A stretch of DNA of 64,000 bases from Elsinoe ampelina (Eukaryota): assembly GCA_010093995.1 (NCBI GenBank), contig ML992509.1, forward strand, positions 103,588-167,587, in the 5' to 3' direction. The stretch's first letter is position 1; every line of letters starts with the position of its first letter. Positions 1-11,275 of the stretch are shown piece by piece. Position numbers and translations under genes: made by a program. A model generated the notes under the pieces. That model saw nothing but the letters and a program-made list of their open reading frames with translations. It had not been told where the DNA came from and searched no databases.

Positions 1-850
1 TAGTAAACCTAGAGGTAGTAGAAGTTAGTACGCTTTATAGATAAAGTACACTTTATATTAGAGTCGTAGAGAACTACTTAAGTTATCTAGAATAATATAG
101 AGCGCTAGTGTAAGACTTATATCTAGTTTAAGATACAGTTAAAGGGGAGCTAATTACACTACTAGGCTATAGTTAGATATAACTATAAGTTAGAGATAGT
201 CTTCTTTAACTCTAATAACAAGTCGAAGAGTACTACTTTTATATAGAACTACATCAATAAGGAAGAATTGTTACTAGAGCTAGTAATTAAGATAGAGAAA
301 GAAGAGTATTAACTTCTTAGTAATATAAGGCCTTTAATATATAAGCACTAGTATTATAATAAGGAGGCTTATAAACACCGCTATTATAAAGTAGATTAAC
401 TACCTTTAAAGGCTACTAGTAACCTTACTTAGATATAGTACCTTACTAAGATATTATATCTCTATTATGCTCTATATTAAACTAGCCTTCTTAGAGACTA
501 AAAGGAAGCACTAGCTATTTATACTTTTAGAGGATAATAATAGTAGCTATAGTATAAGGAGCCTTAACAACGTAGTTGCTCGTTATAAGGCTTATCTTGA
601 CACTAAGGGGGGCTTTTATTAGTATACTAATTACTCTTAGTTACCTAACTTTAATATTATTAAAAACATATAGAGGATTCTTAAATAGCGTATTAAGAAC
701 TATTACTATACTACTATCGACGAGCTAAAGGCAGCTATCCTCTATAAATAGGACTATATCGATTAGGAGGAGATTAATAACCTTATAAGGAGTATACTAG
801 AAAGGATTAAGGAGAGCATTAGACAAGAAGGCCTTTACACTCCGTGGTAA
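1..850 (+). mobile_element. RIP-degraded Tc1/mariner (DD34E-like) transposase remnant, 5' part outside window
   Basis: AT/TpA-rich. The + strand reads FIDKVHF (~34-54; cf. FTDEVHF), FILLEDNNSSYS (~518-553; cf. EDNDSGHG) and LPNFNIIKNI*RILK*RIK (~641-697; cf. SPDLNIIENVW..LK), ending GLYTPW-TAA at 850. The terminal inverted repeat could not be fixed. Confidence 0.75.
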
Positions 851-1091
851 AGAGCCTTTATAGAGTTTTAGTAATACCTTTTTTCAGCTTTATCTTTTTG
901 AATTGATTAGATTACTTAAATGCTTATAAATCCCGGATATTCACCAAAAAATTGGTGTGAATCTGGACTTGAAAAGTGCCAAGAAAGGGGGGCGGCAGTC
1001 TCCAAATTCGCTAAGCCTTGGTCCCCCGACAACAAAAGTCACTCATACATCCCTCGCCTATCAACGGCCTATCCGTCTCATAGCCTGGACC

Positions 1092-1479
1092 ATGGCCCAA
1101 GGCGCCGTCAAAATCAAGGCCACCGCCTCAAAATCGTACGTGACCTGCACCGCCACAGTGAAAAAAATCCGCATCCGCCTAACCCTCGCCTCCCACCACA
1201 GGAACAAGCCCACCGGACCTCAGCGTGGCAACAGAGTCATCAAGCCGAAGAAGGCAAAACTAGTGCAACAACACAAGCTGAAAAAGGTGACATGTGACCG
1301 TTCTTGCCATGGACGATCGTGGCTGACGTTTGCCACTACAGAAGCAGAGTGCTGGGCTGGCGGCGCTGACGGAGAAGTCCTTGGCGGAGAAGGCGGGGCA
1401 TCTGGAGATGCTGAAGGGTGGAAAAAAGGATGCGAAGGAGGCGGCGAGGAAGGGGGAGAAGGGGAAGGGGAAGAAGTGA
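1092..1479 (+). CDS. Small basic UPF0390/DUF2462-like protein (88 aa, 3 exons: 1092-1135, 1202-1286, 1342-1479)
   Basis: Spliced product MAQGAVKIKATASKSNKPTGPQRGNRVIKPKKAKLVQQHKLKKKQSAGLAALTEKSLAEKAGHLEMLKGGKK...; both introns are GT..CTRAC..CAG; total 267 nt in frame. Confidence 0.85.
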
Positions 1480-3330
1480 GGTATGTTGATGGACTGGAGA
1501 GGTTGTGATGGACGTTTGCATGGCATTTGGATGGGCACGGGATTTGGAGGTGTGATGGCCACGGCAGTGATTACGCCCGGCGCGCAGTACGAGGACTCTC
1601 AACAGCGCCAGAGGGGTGGTATGCTGTGTCCCTGACCAATGATCTGCCTTTTACAGAAGATACCAGGGTGGAATGGCAGGGCACGATCACGTGAGGCGTG
1701 GTCATTGCGGGTCCAATGGCAACTTGTCTGAACGAAACTCACGAAGACGTTCACATTCGGGCTTTTTAACACTTCTGATCATGCTGGCTTATAATCAGGA
1801 GTAAGACCTTCTGACCGATCATCGAGACTTGGTCAAATTGCTTGTTATTCTTGCAACTATTTGTATTTTGTGCGTAAGCGATAATAAGGCCAGACGCCCC
1901 CATAACCCGGTATATCGATCGCTGGGCACTCGGCGTGCATTAGTGCGTGTCATGTTCATGTACCAATGGATGTCGGCAATCCTTGCACTATCCTCTTTGG
2001 GCAAAATTTACGCAGCGAAAACTCCTGGAAACGACATATCAAAAGCCACTATCAACGAGGATCAAGACGACGGTCACAGGCATGCAACATATGCTCAGCA
2101 GCAAGCATATGATATATCACAAAGTGGAGGGAGCAACCGCTTAGTGATCACAGTGTTGCCTCCTACCCATGAACCTTGTACGCGGATCGGCTTGTGATCG
2201 ACTCGGTAGGTGAGAGTCTGGGTCTCTCAGCGTCTTGACCTTCGTTGATGCATGGTCGATGACCCTGATGAATAGTCATCAAGCATCAGCTCATTCGCTC
2301 TGTTCCACGTACAGCACGGTAAACAAGGACCTCCTCATTTGCTTTTCTAGCGATTCGCAAGGAGGGATCGATCTCGTCACCATGGATATGTACTGTGAAT
2401 GTCGGAAACACCATCACAAATCGTGAAAAAGCATTCAAACCCAGCATCCACACCAGACCCAGGGGCTCAAATAGCGTGAGCGAGGCTTCCTGCTTGGGTT
2501 AAAAGGATCTGCACTAGCGCCACTGACGAGCAGGGTTTGCGGGCCGGACCTTGGGTGGGGACGGCGGCCCGGCCTCTTCAGACCGAATCCTTTCGCCTGG
2601 GTTTGCCTGTCATTGCCATCTCCTCCCGCCCTCCTCCTAACTCCTAAGCAGACAACGACAACATCACATGCACTTGACGATGTACCGGTACATTCGTTGA
2701 ACGACTAGCCGGGATGTACGCCATCACTGGTAGGACGCAGCCTCCTCCACCCCGCCACGGCAATCTACTGGCACCGGACGTATCTCCTTCGACCGTTGGA
2801 GAGCGCGTCCCGACGTGCAGACGTCGCTAAACCCTTCTGAGCCTCGACATGAGGCAAGTCAGAGATCTCGCGTGGCGAAAGACTCCTGAAGTCGTGCAGC
2901 ATCTCCCACTGGCCCCGCATGCACGAACCCAAACGTACCTTGCCCCCATCCAGACCCTCCCTGTCACTTTCCTAATGCTGACGGCACTACACACACCTAA
3001 CCCTGACCATCGCACGTTTTATCCTGGGCTGAGCTCTGCAGGAACATCTTTGACGTTGAGCACACAGGCCCGATCTATCCCTCACTGTAAGTTTGACCAC
3101 ATCTGGGCTCTTCCGAGTGTTTCTGTCAGTGCGCTTCTCCTATTATTATATGTGCCAACGATGTCCCTACAACGCTCCCCGCCTTCGCCCATTGACACCA
3201 TCATCGTCTCTGTCCACCTTCCCGTCTCTACTGTTCGATATCTATCGAGGTCTTTCGACCTGTCTGGTCGAGTCTTTGCGGATCTTCGAGAGGGACACCA
3301 CCATCTGACAAGTCATCGACCACCATCACA

Positions 3331-4854
3331 ATGCCTGCTGTTCTCGTCCCACGGAATCATCCAATTGGCTCGCCAGAGTACGATGCGGAAGATAACTCGG
3401 AAAGAATATTGACTTTCCTGGGCGTGACCGGTGGGCTTGCCGTGCTCGTGGTAATGCTCAGAATCTACGTCCGCCAATTCATGCTGCGCTTCACTGGAGC
3501 AGACGACATTGTCATGATCTTCGCAACGCTGTTCGGCATTGCAGTCTTTGTATGCTTCTGCGGCGAGGCCGAGTACGGACTCGGACGCCACATGACAGTC
3601 ATCACCCCGGATATGGTACAAAACTTCTCCCACTGGTCCTTCTACCACAACATCTTCGTCCTCACAGGCAACTGCTTGTGCAAGATTTCCATCTGCCTGC
3701 TCCTCATCCGTCTCGTCAAACACCGCGGCTACGTCTGGTTCCTCTGGGGTCTTCTCGTCTTCCTCGCAGTCTACACCGTCGTCTGCTTCTTCACCATCAT
3801 CTTCGCCTGCATCCCCATCAGCGCATCATGGGACTTCTCCCTCCGAGCCACTGCAAAGTGCTACCCTCTTCAAGTTTTCACCATTCTCGGCGTCGCCAAC
3901 AGTGCCATCAATATCCTCACCGACGTCCTCCTCGCCGTCCTCCCCATCCCAGTCATCATGGGCATGCAACTCAACAAACGCACAAAATTCGCCCTCTCCT
4001 TCGTCATGCTCCTCGGCTTCATCGCCGTCGGCGCCGGCGCCGTCAAACTAAAAGCCCAACTCACCTTCTTCTCCGACCCCGACCGTCTCTTCCGCAGCCG
4101 CTTCACCATCTGGGCCGCCGTAGAGCTCTACTTCGGCGTCCTCGCCGCCAGCCTCCCCACCCTCAAGCCCCTCGTCGCCAAAACCCTCGCCATCAGCCGC
4201 AGCTCCGCCGCCACCGGCTCCAACACCAACGGCAGCTCCTCCCGCCGCCCCGGCGCCTCCAAACGCCGCCACACCAAAGGGCCAGAAGACTACGCCGGCC
4301 TCAACGGCAAAGGCACCTTCTACAGCGAATGCACCACCGCCATGGGCACGCCTCTGCCAGAAGACACCAGCAACAAAGACGTGGGCAGCTACTTTTCCTT
4401 CTTCGCCAACCGCTCCAAATCAACCACCGACACCCGCATGACCGCATCCCGCTCGCCCAGCGTCCAACTCGAGACCCTCGCGCCGCGCGATCGCGAAGTC
4501 CACCCCGTGGCTGTGGCGCCGAGGGAGCGGGATCGTTCGCGCAGCGCCACACCGCCCGAGTTTAGCTACATCGTGCGCACGACGAAGGTGACGACGAGTA
4601 GCGAGCCGCTTGAGCTGGAGGGGGGTGCGGGGAAGGAGGTGAGCAGGGGGCGACAGACGGGGAAGAGGAGGAGTCAGAGCGTGAGTGTGTTGCCGGTCAG
4701 AAGGGAGGAGGATTGGGCGCGGGTCAGTCCGTTGCATGTGAGGAAGCAGAGTAGGGATGTGGGTAGGGTGTTGAAGAGGGCGGTGGAGAGTGAGGAGGAT
4801 TTACCGAGGGGGGATACGGAGAGCGTGGAGGGATTGGTGGCGAGTTCTCGGTAG
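3331..4854 (+). CDS. PTH11-like (fungal rhodopsin-domain) 7-TM integral membrane protein, 507 aa, no CFEM domain seen
   Basis: LRIYVR..GADD, GLGRH, KISICLLLIRL, C.PI...WD...C, NILTD..LA.LPIP..MQL, W..VE...GV.AASLPTLKPL motifs; disordered C-terminal tail. Confidence 0.9.
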   Translation: MPAVLVPRNHPIGSPEYDAEDNSERILTFLGVTGGLAVLVVMLRIYVRQFMLRFTGADDIVMIFATLFGIAVFVCFCGEAEYGLGRHMTVITPDMVQNFSHWSFYHNIFVLTGNCLCKISICLLLIRLVKHRGYVWFLWGLLVFLAVYTVVCFFTIIFACIPISASWDFSLRATAKCYPLQVFTILGVANSAINILTDVLLAVLPIPVIMGMQLNKRTKFALSFVMLLGFIAVGAGAVKLKAQLTFFSDPDRLFRSRFTIWAAVELYFGVLAASLPTLKPLVAKTLAISRSSAATGSNTNGSSSRRPGASKRRHTKGPEDYAGLNGKGTFYSECTTAMGTPLPEDTSNKDVGSYFSFFANRSKSTTDTRMTASRSPSVQLETLAPRDREVHPVAVAPRERDRSRSATPPEFSYIVRTTKVTTSSEPLELEGGAGKEVSRGRQTGKRRSQSVSVLPVRREEDWARVSPLHVRKQSRDVGRVLKRAVESEEDLPRGDTESVEGLVASSR

Positions 4855-5248
4855 GAGGGACGGGTGATGATAATGATCATTTTTGGGTGGCATAGCAATG
4901 CATTTTTCTACCATTTGCGGGATATGATGCTGTCTATCTTACACTCTGTGATTCGTCTACGGTCGTGTCGCCGTGTCGTAGCTCTTGCAGGGACCTATGC
5001 GTGTGGTCGGCCTATTCGGTAACCAACTGCAACTGACGATCTGCCTATGCATGACCTGTGGACATGCCCATGGGTATCTTTATGCTCGTACTGTCCTCGC
5101 GATAAGTGAGCTTGCGTGATGGAGGCTCTTCCATGGTAGCATCTAGCAGTATCAACCTCCACGGGCTCACCATCTCTTCGCCTCTGCCTCTTTCCTCCGC
5201 TGGCCTGCAATATTTTCATGTACCCGAGAGCTTTGCTTCATGCGTCTT

Positions 5249-5722
5249 TCAACCCGCCTCAACCTCCTCCCCACCCAGCTCATTATCCTCAAACACCGGC
5301 ACACTAACAACCCACTCATCCTCGCCCTTGAACTTGAACGCCAATACCGCCCCATCCCTCAATCCCGCTCCAGCTGGACAATCCTGCCCCAACCCCTTCG
5401 CCTTACCCTTCCCCTTTCCCTTCGCTCCATCCAACTGCTCAATCGCCCTGTCCATCTCCTCGTCCTCTTCTGACGGCTCTACACCTTCCCATCCTTGAGT
5501 AAGATCTTGTGGGTCGATGGGTTTTGCAAGGGAGATCTCATCTGGGCTGGCGGGAAGGGGGAGACCATTAAAGTGGCCGTCGGTGGAGCGGGACTTGAGC
5601 GCGGTGAGAAGCTCGGATTTGATGTGCGTGAAGGTGTGGTCTTTGGCGACATGGAGGAGGATGGTGGTGGTGTGGGATTTGAAGAGGAGGGTCCAGGTTG
5701 TGGCGGTGGGCTTGGTGGGCAT
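5249..5722 (-). CDS. Hypothetical protein, 157 aa
   Basis: ATG in good context, biased codons, globular-looking N-terminus (WTLLFKSHTTTILLHV) and C-terminus (CPAGAGLRDGAVLAFKF). Confidence 0.75.
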   Translation of the reverse strand: MPTKPTATTWTLLFKSHTTTILLHVAKDHTFTHIKSELLTALKSRSTDGHFNGLPLPASPDEISLAKPIDPQDLTQGWEGVEPSEEDEEMDRAIEQLDGAKGKGKGKAKGLGQDCPAGAGLRDGAVLAFKFKGEDEWVVSVPVFEDNELGGEEVEAG

Positions 5723-6654
5723 TTTTGGTAGGAGAAGTCCAAGCCGGATGACAGGGAGGCGTTGGCGAAGGAGGTGTTAAGGAGGGAAGATTGGCATGTT
5801 TGAGGTGGACTTGTTTGCGAGTAGGGAGAAATGCTCGGAAGGTGGCATGGTATGCTCTCCAACCCTAACCCTTGCAGGCGACAAGAAGCCTTCCTAACCC
5901 CCTCAACTTACCTCCTGCACCAACTTCGTGAATATGGAGGACCTACGGAGAATGGCCGTGCTTCCAGCCCCAAAGCAACTATACTGGACTGAGGTATTTC
6001 ATTCGTCAATGTAAGCGTCCGGGAAGTCAATGAAACGATCCGAAGAGCTCGAACCTCTCAATTCACGGCCCAACCTCGCCATGGCAGTGTTCTGAGGCTA
6101 CCACATCTTGCTCAAGCAATCAAGTCACTTTGTATCTATTCATATCTTAGTCAGGCTCGCTCAGACTTGGTCATGAAGCCTGATTGCTCGATCGCGCCAG
6201 GATCACAACCTTGCCCGTCAAAGCGCAGCGGCTCTGCTCTAAGCGCCCAACCTCCGGGAACTTGCCGATGGCCACTGACTGGCAACAAATGCTGCTCGGG
6301 TTCTCGACTTGAGACAGGTCGTTGTCATGGACGTGAATAGCAGCTCATTGTCCAAGTTTAGCACCTTCACACGGCTGGTTTCGTTGAACTTCACATCAAG
6401 GTCCTGAGAACTGACCATATGGTCAATGTGTGGGTTGAATGGTATAAGTATCTGCTATGGCGCGGTCATTATGGTCATTATCACTCTTCAAGACATCCTT
6501 TCATCCTTTCCTTGAGTAGCCCTTCTTGTCACTTCAGCATTCAACTCAGCTTTCTCGCAGTTGTTCAGCTCCTCCACTCGTTTGCCAGCCTTGCATCTCT
6601 TCCCTGGACGATACTGCCGCCCAGCAATCTCAAGCTCAACCCACGACAGCAACC

Positions 6655-7353
6655 ATGCCTATCCCAGACTATGGCGCTGCTCCGCTAGCCAAGTTCTTCC
6701 TCCTTTGCCGACTACTCTCTCTCATCGCCATGATCGCCATCGTCGGTATGGCCGCCAACTTTGTGGCAACGATCGTCTCTCAGAACTTCGAACCACCGAA
6801 GGAAGTGGTTGGGGCACTCAGCATTGTATGACGCCTTCGCTCTTCACTACCAGCTGTCCTAACATATCACAGACATGCATCGCTACTCTCTACACACTGC
6901 TATCCATCCCCTTCTTCTACGCCCAAGCCAACCTCGGACTTTTCATCATGACCGCCATCGACGGTCTCCTTCTCCTCGCCTTCCTCGTCATCTCCATCGT
7001 CTTCGGCCGACCACTATCCTACCTCAACTGCTACTCCCTTCCAGCCATGTCTCTCTCAGCTGAAGCGACCAATGCCGCTGCCTGGGCTCAAAGCTTGACC
7101 AATAACATGGGCAAAAGTGGTGCTAGGCTCGGGCTGTGGTCCTGGGCCGGAGCTAGCAAAGTCGTTTGCTTCCAGACCAAAGCTATTTGGGGCATGTGCA
7201 TTGCTCTCTGGTATGTCATTCGCTCACTGTCATGAAACAAGTCGCTGACTCCGAACTAGCATCCTCTTCACATGCACCTGCTTGATCTTGCCGACTCTTT
7301 TCTTCAAGAACAAGAAGAAGATGAATGCTCTTCAGGCCAAGGTCGTCGTCTAA
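6655..7353 (+). CDS. MARVEL-like four-TM membrane protein (200 aa; exons 6655-6825, 6873-7210, 7260-7353)
   Basis: Four hydrophobic segments; introns GTATGA..CTAAC..CAG and GTATGT..CTGAC..TAG join in frame (603 nt); TATA-like TATAAG near 6443. Confidence 0.8.
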
Positions 7354-7745
7354 CAAGCGCGCCACGGGGAAGGGTATCATGTGCTCGATGCATCCAATCA
7401 CACAAAGTCAAAGCATCACAGTAGGGACTACACGCATGGCAGGGAGTCGGGAATCAAAATGGGTAATCTGTAATACGGGATATCTTCATGGATCAAGAAT
7501 GGGGCATGATCTTGACATAATGAACCAGAATAATCAAAGAACTCATGTCTCCCCATACTATTCTTCTTCTTCTTGAAATCCTTGGTGCACCTATTTGTGG
7601 TTGTGCCACAGGAACTGCGAGAGGGGCTCTCGGTGTGGCGCACTGTTCGACACCAGCCACACCCCGCGTTTCCAAAACTTCGGCGTCCTTGAGCCTCAAG
7701 AAATTATTCTCCTCGAACCTGATCCTGCACTCCACCACATTCACA

Positions 7746-8539
7746 ATGGGTCGCGAACGCCAAAAGTTCAAGAACCGCTCGTCGGTCTCCAAAGTAAAAC
7801 ACAAGCCCAAATCGAAGAAGAAGCTCCTCCACAATCCCATCATCGCCGCGAACTGGTACACCGTCCATCTCCCCCATCTTTACCTTTGCTAAAATCTCCC
7901 AGGAACCAGAAAGAAACCCTCTCCCAAAACTACAAACGCCTCGGCCTCACCTCCCGCCTCAACCACTCCACCGGCGGCACCGAAAAGCTCGGTTCCACCC
8001 TCCCCGACTCCAGCGACGACGATGTAGCCTCTGCCCTCGACCGACCCGCGACAAAGGACATGCTCAACGTCAACCGCAAACTCCCCACCCACCTCGACAT
8101 CTCCGAAGTCAAAGTCCAACGCGACCCCGAAACCGGCGCCATCCTCTCCGTCCTCGAGGAATCGAAACCCCGCTCCAACCCCCTCCGCGATCCGTTGAAC
8201 GACCTCTCCGACTCGGACGGCGAGGGTGACGGCGAAGGAGGAGGAAGCGGCTGGCAGGGCTTCGTCAACGAGCACGGGATCATAGACGGGGTGACGCAGA
8301 AGCAAGACGGTACGACGGAGGTGGTGCGGGCGTTGGAGGCGGAGGCGGCGCGGCCGGTGGTGAAGAAGGTGAGGGGGCAGAGTGAGAGGGAGAGGGAGTG
8401 GGTGGAGAGGTTGGTGGGGCGGTATGGGGAGGATTATAGGGCGATGAGTAGGGATGGGAGACTGAATCCTATGCAGCAGAGTGAGGGAGATATTAGGAAG
8501 AGGGTGGTGAAGTGGAGGAAGAGTCAAGGGGAGGTGTGA
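7746..8539 (+). CDS. NOP16: Ribosome biogenesis protein Nop16 (exons 7746-7855, 7903-8539)
   Basis: MGRERQK..NRSS, NPIIAANW|NQKETLSQNYKRLGL, and C-terminal QSERE.EWVERLV.RYG.DY.AM.RD.RLN.MQQS.GDI.KR. Confidence 0.92.
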
Positions 8540-8878
8540 GAGGAGATGGGGGATGCATAGCGATGGCGTTGGGTGCTTTTGGGTGGATAGAAATGGTTCA
8601 TACTATGGATAAAGAATATGGATTTGCAGAATTGGAATTGCAATACACCTACCACCTACACTGCGTCCACGAGGCGGCAATCGTCAAGACAACGAAGCGA
8701 CGTTCAATGGGAGAGGATCGCCCTTGTGTCAATCACGAACTCACCTTGCACCGTCAAGGTCGCTAGTGATATATTTGCTGTCGTGAACAATTAAACCAAC
8801 ACTGTCCCTACCTCACGTGCACTACCCGCCATCTGCACCTCAAATGGCTAAACTTTTGCCGCTTTCCGGGGTCCCAAG

Positions 8879-9137
8879 TGTCAGCTTGTGTGTGGGGAGA
8901 ATGAGATTTATTACTGCCTGATCCACCAAACTGAGGTAGATTATAACTACATAAATACTTAACCTAATAAACTAAGAGATAACTAAATCAATAGAACTCC
9001 TAAATAACAACAGATTAAGACAATAACTATCTAATTTAATTATAAATTAGTAGAGTAGTAGATAAGTATTTAGTTCTACTAGGGGATAAACTAAATTAGG
9101 GTCCTTCTTAGCGCTCTAGCTTATACCTCGGTTAATA
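8879..9137 (-). repeat. Copia 3' LTR (259 bp)
   Basis: Colinear with 27034-27292, differing almost only by transitions; followed on + by CACCCCTT (reverse complement of a purine tract). Confidence 0.92.
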
Positions 9138-9165
9138 CACCCCTTTACTAAATAGCTATAAGGCT

Positions 9166-9270
9166 NNNNNNNNNNNNNNNNNNNNNNNNNNNNNNNNNNN
9201 NNNNNNNNNNNNNNNNNNNNNNNNNNNNNNNNNNNNNNNNNNNNNNNNNNNNNNNNNNNNNNNNNNNNNN
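9166..9270. other. Assembly gap (run of N)
   Basis: 105 N bases inside the copia element. Confidence 1.
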
Positions 9271-11149
9271 ACTAGTAATAAGGCTAATTATTTGCTAATT
9301 GTTACACTAAATGCTAATATACTTAAGGGGATAGATAGAGGCTATTAGCCTCCTCTACTATATAGCTTACTTAGTAGTCTCTATAAGAGTAAGTAATTCA
9401 ACTTCTATACTTAAGGTTATAACTATTAGCTACTTAGTAGCCTTCTAGTTAATTAAGCCTTAGAACATCTTAAATAGATAGCCTTAAAAGCTCTTCCTTA
9501 AAGGGTAACTACTAAAGCTAGTATCTAATAAGACTTAGAAGATTAAAGGTAGTATTAAGCTATTAAAGGTAAGAGCTAGATCTTTAGTTTTATAGAGATA
9601 CTAGATTACTCTATTTACTAGCCTCTAGTAAGTTAGTAATAGATTAGTTAAGTACTTTAATAATCTAGAAGTAGTAAAAGTAATATTAGGCCTTATAATA
9701 ATAGCTATAAAGTTAATAGATCTAACCTTCTACTAGTATAAATAAATCTCTTATAGTAATACTTAGCCTTTATAAGGCTAGAGTATCTTAATTAGGAGTA
9801 GTATTAATATTAGCCTTATTAGCTCTATAATAAACTTGCTATATATCTACTATATGTACTAGGCTTAACTAAGCTATAGCTTCTTAGTTACTCTATCCCT
9901 TATAACTTAGATAGTTAGAAACTAGCTTAGATCTCTAAGCACCTTTATCTTATATTTAGTATAGAGAGCTATAATAACAAAATTAGCCTTCTCCTTATAC
10001 TTCTTAAGATATATAATAGTAATATTATTTATAAAGAAGAAGATTATTACTTTAGAGATTAGCTAGAAGTAAGGAGCTTTAGAAGCCTAAGTAAAACTAA
10101 TACTCTTTAGAGTAGTAGTAAATTTAGTATACTAGAGAGCTAGAGCTTATTTAAGACTATATAAGGCTTTATTAAGCAAGAGAATTATATCTAATAGAGT
10201 AATACTAGAGTAGTCCTTTATAAGCTTCTCTATAACTAACTTAAATCTAAAAGAGATAGTATAATAGATAGTCTTATTAATAGAGCTATTAATATAGGCA
10301 TTAATAATATTTATCTAAATAGCCTTTATATCTTTATAAGTAAGTAGAGCTATAAGCATTCTAAAGATCTTAGCTACTAGAGTTGCTATATAAGTCTCTA
10401 ATTCTATTAATTAGAGATTATCTCTTATATAGATTTTTACTTTATACTTTATAACCTCTCCTTTATTATTAACTTTATAAGTAAATATCTATATTAAAGA
10501 GATAGACTTACCTATTACTTAAGTAGCTAGTATAATAGTCTATATATGTTTTAAGTATAAAGTAAGTAATTTAGCCTTTATAGCTTCTTAAAATTACTTT
10601 CTATAAGAGTAAGCTTTAAGCTCTTTAATATTAGCTAGTAGTAGAGGAAGATTATCCCTTAATTCTAGCTTAGGCTATATTAGCTTTATTAATAGATAAG
10701 CATTAAAGGCTTAGTAATATCTAGGAGCCTTATTAGTTTATATAAGGGTAGTAATATATATCTACCTCCTTAGCTTCCTTATTCTCCTTATAGTAAGAAT
10801 ATACTTAGGAAGAAGATTAGCTAACCTAGTAGTAATTCTTTAAGGGAGTTACTTAGGTTAGGCTTTAACTACCTCTTTAGTTTAACCTTCCTTCTTATTT
10901 CTCTTAACTTTAACTTCTCCTATTAGTAGAGGAGATAGCTATATTACTATTAATAGAGGTAAGGCTAGAGTATTAAAGAACTAGTCTACTAAGGTACTAT
11001 CCTTAATCTAAGCTAGGCTTAGATCTAGGGATAGCAGATTTAGTGCTAATTATACTAGTAAATAAGAATTATAAGGCTTATAAACTAGTAAGTAAGATAG
11101 GCTTAGCTCTTAAGCTAAATCCTTAGCTAGAGTCTTAGTCTATATTAGA

Positions 11150-11275
11150 GACTAAGATAGACTCTAAACTAGATTCTAAACTAGATATTAAACTAGACTC
11201 TAAACTAGATACTAAACTAGATATTAAACTAGACTCTAAACTAGATACTAAACTAGATTCTAAACTAGATTTAGT
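11150..11275. repeat. 12-bp tandem repeat (CTAGAYWYTAAA-like, about 9 units) in the copia integrase-RT linker
   Basis: actctaaactagattctaaactagatattaaactagactctaaactagatactaaactag... visible directly. Confidence 0.85.

Noticed and set aside
2849..3412. 187-aa ORF overlapping the start of the PTH11-like gene
   Set aside because: No domain or codon signal; consistent with a pyrimidine-rich promoter or 5' UTR. A uORF role cannot be supported from sequence alone.
3552..4565. 337-aa R/P/H-rich alternative-frame ORF
   Set aside because: Shadow of the C-rich codon usage of the PTH11-like gene.
5861..5900. AACCCTAACCCT telomere-like motif
   Set aside because: Only two units; may be a telobox promoter element but is too short to call.
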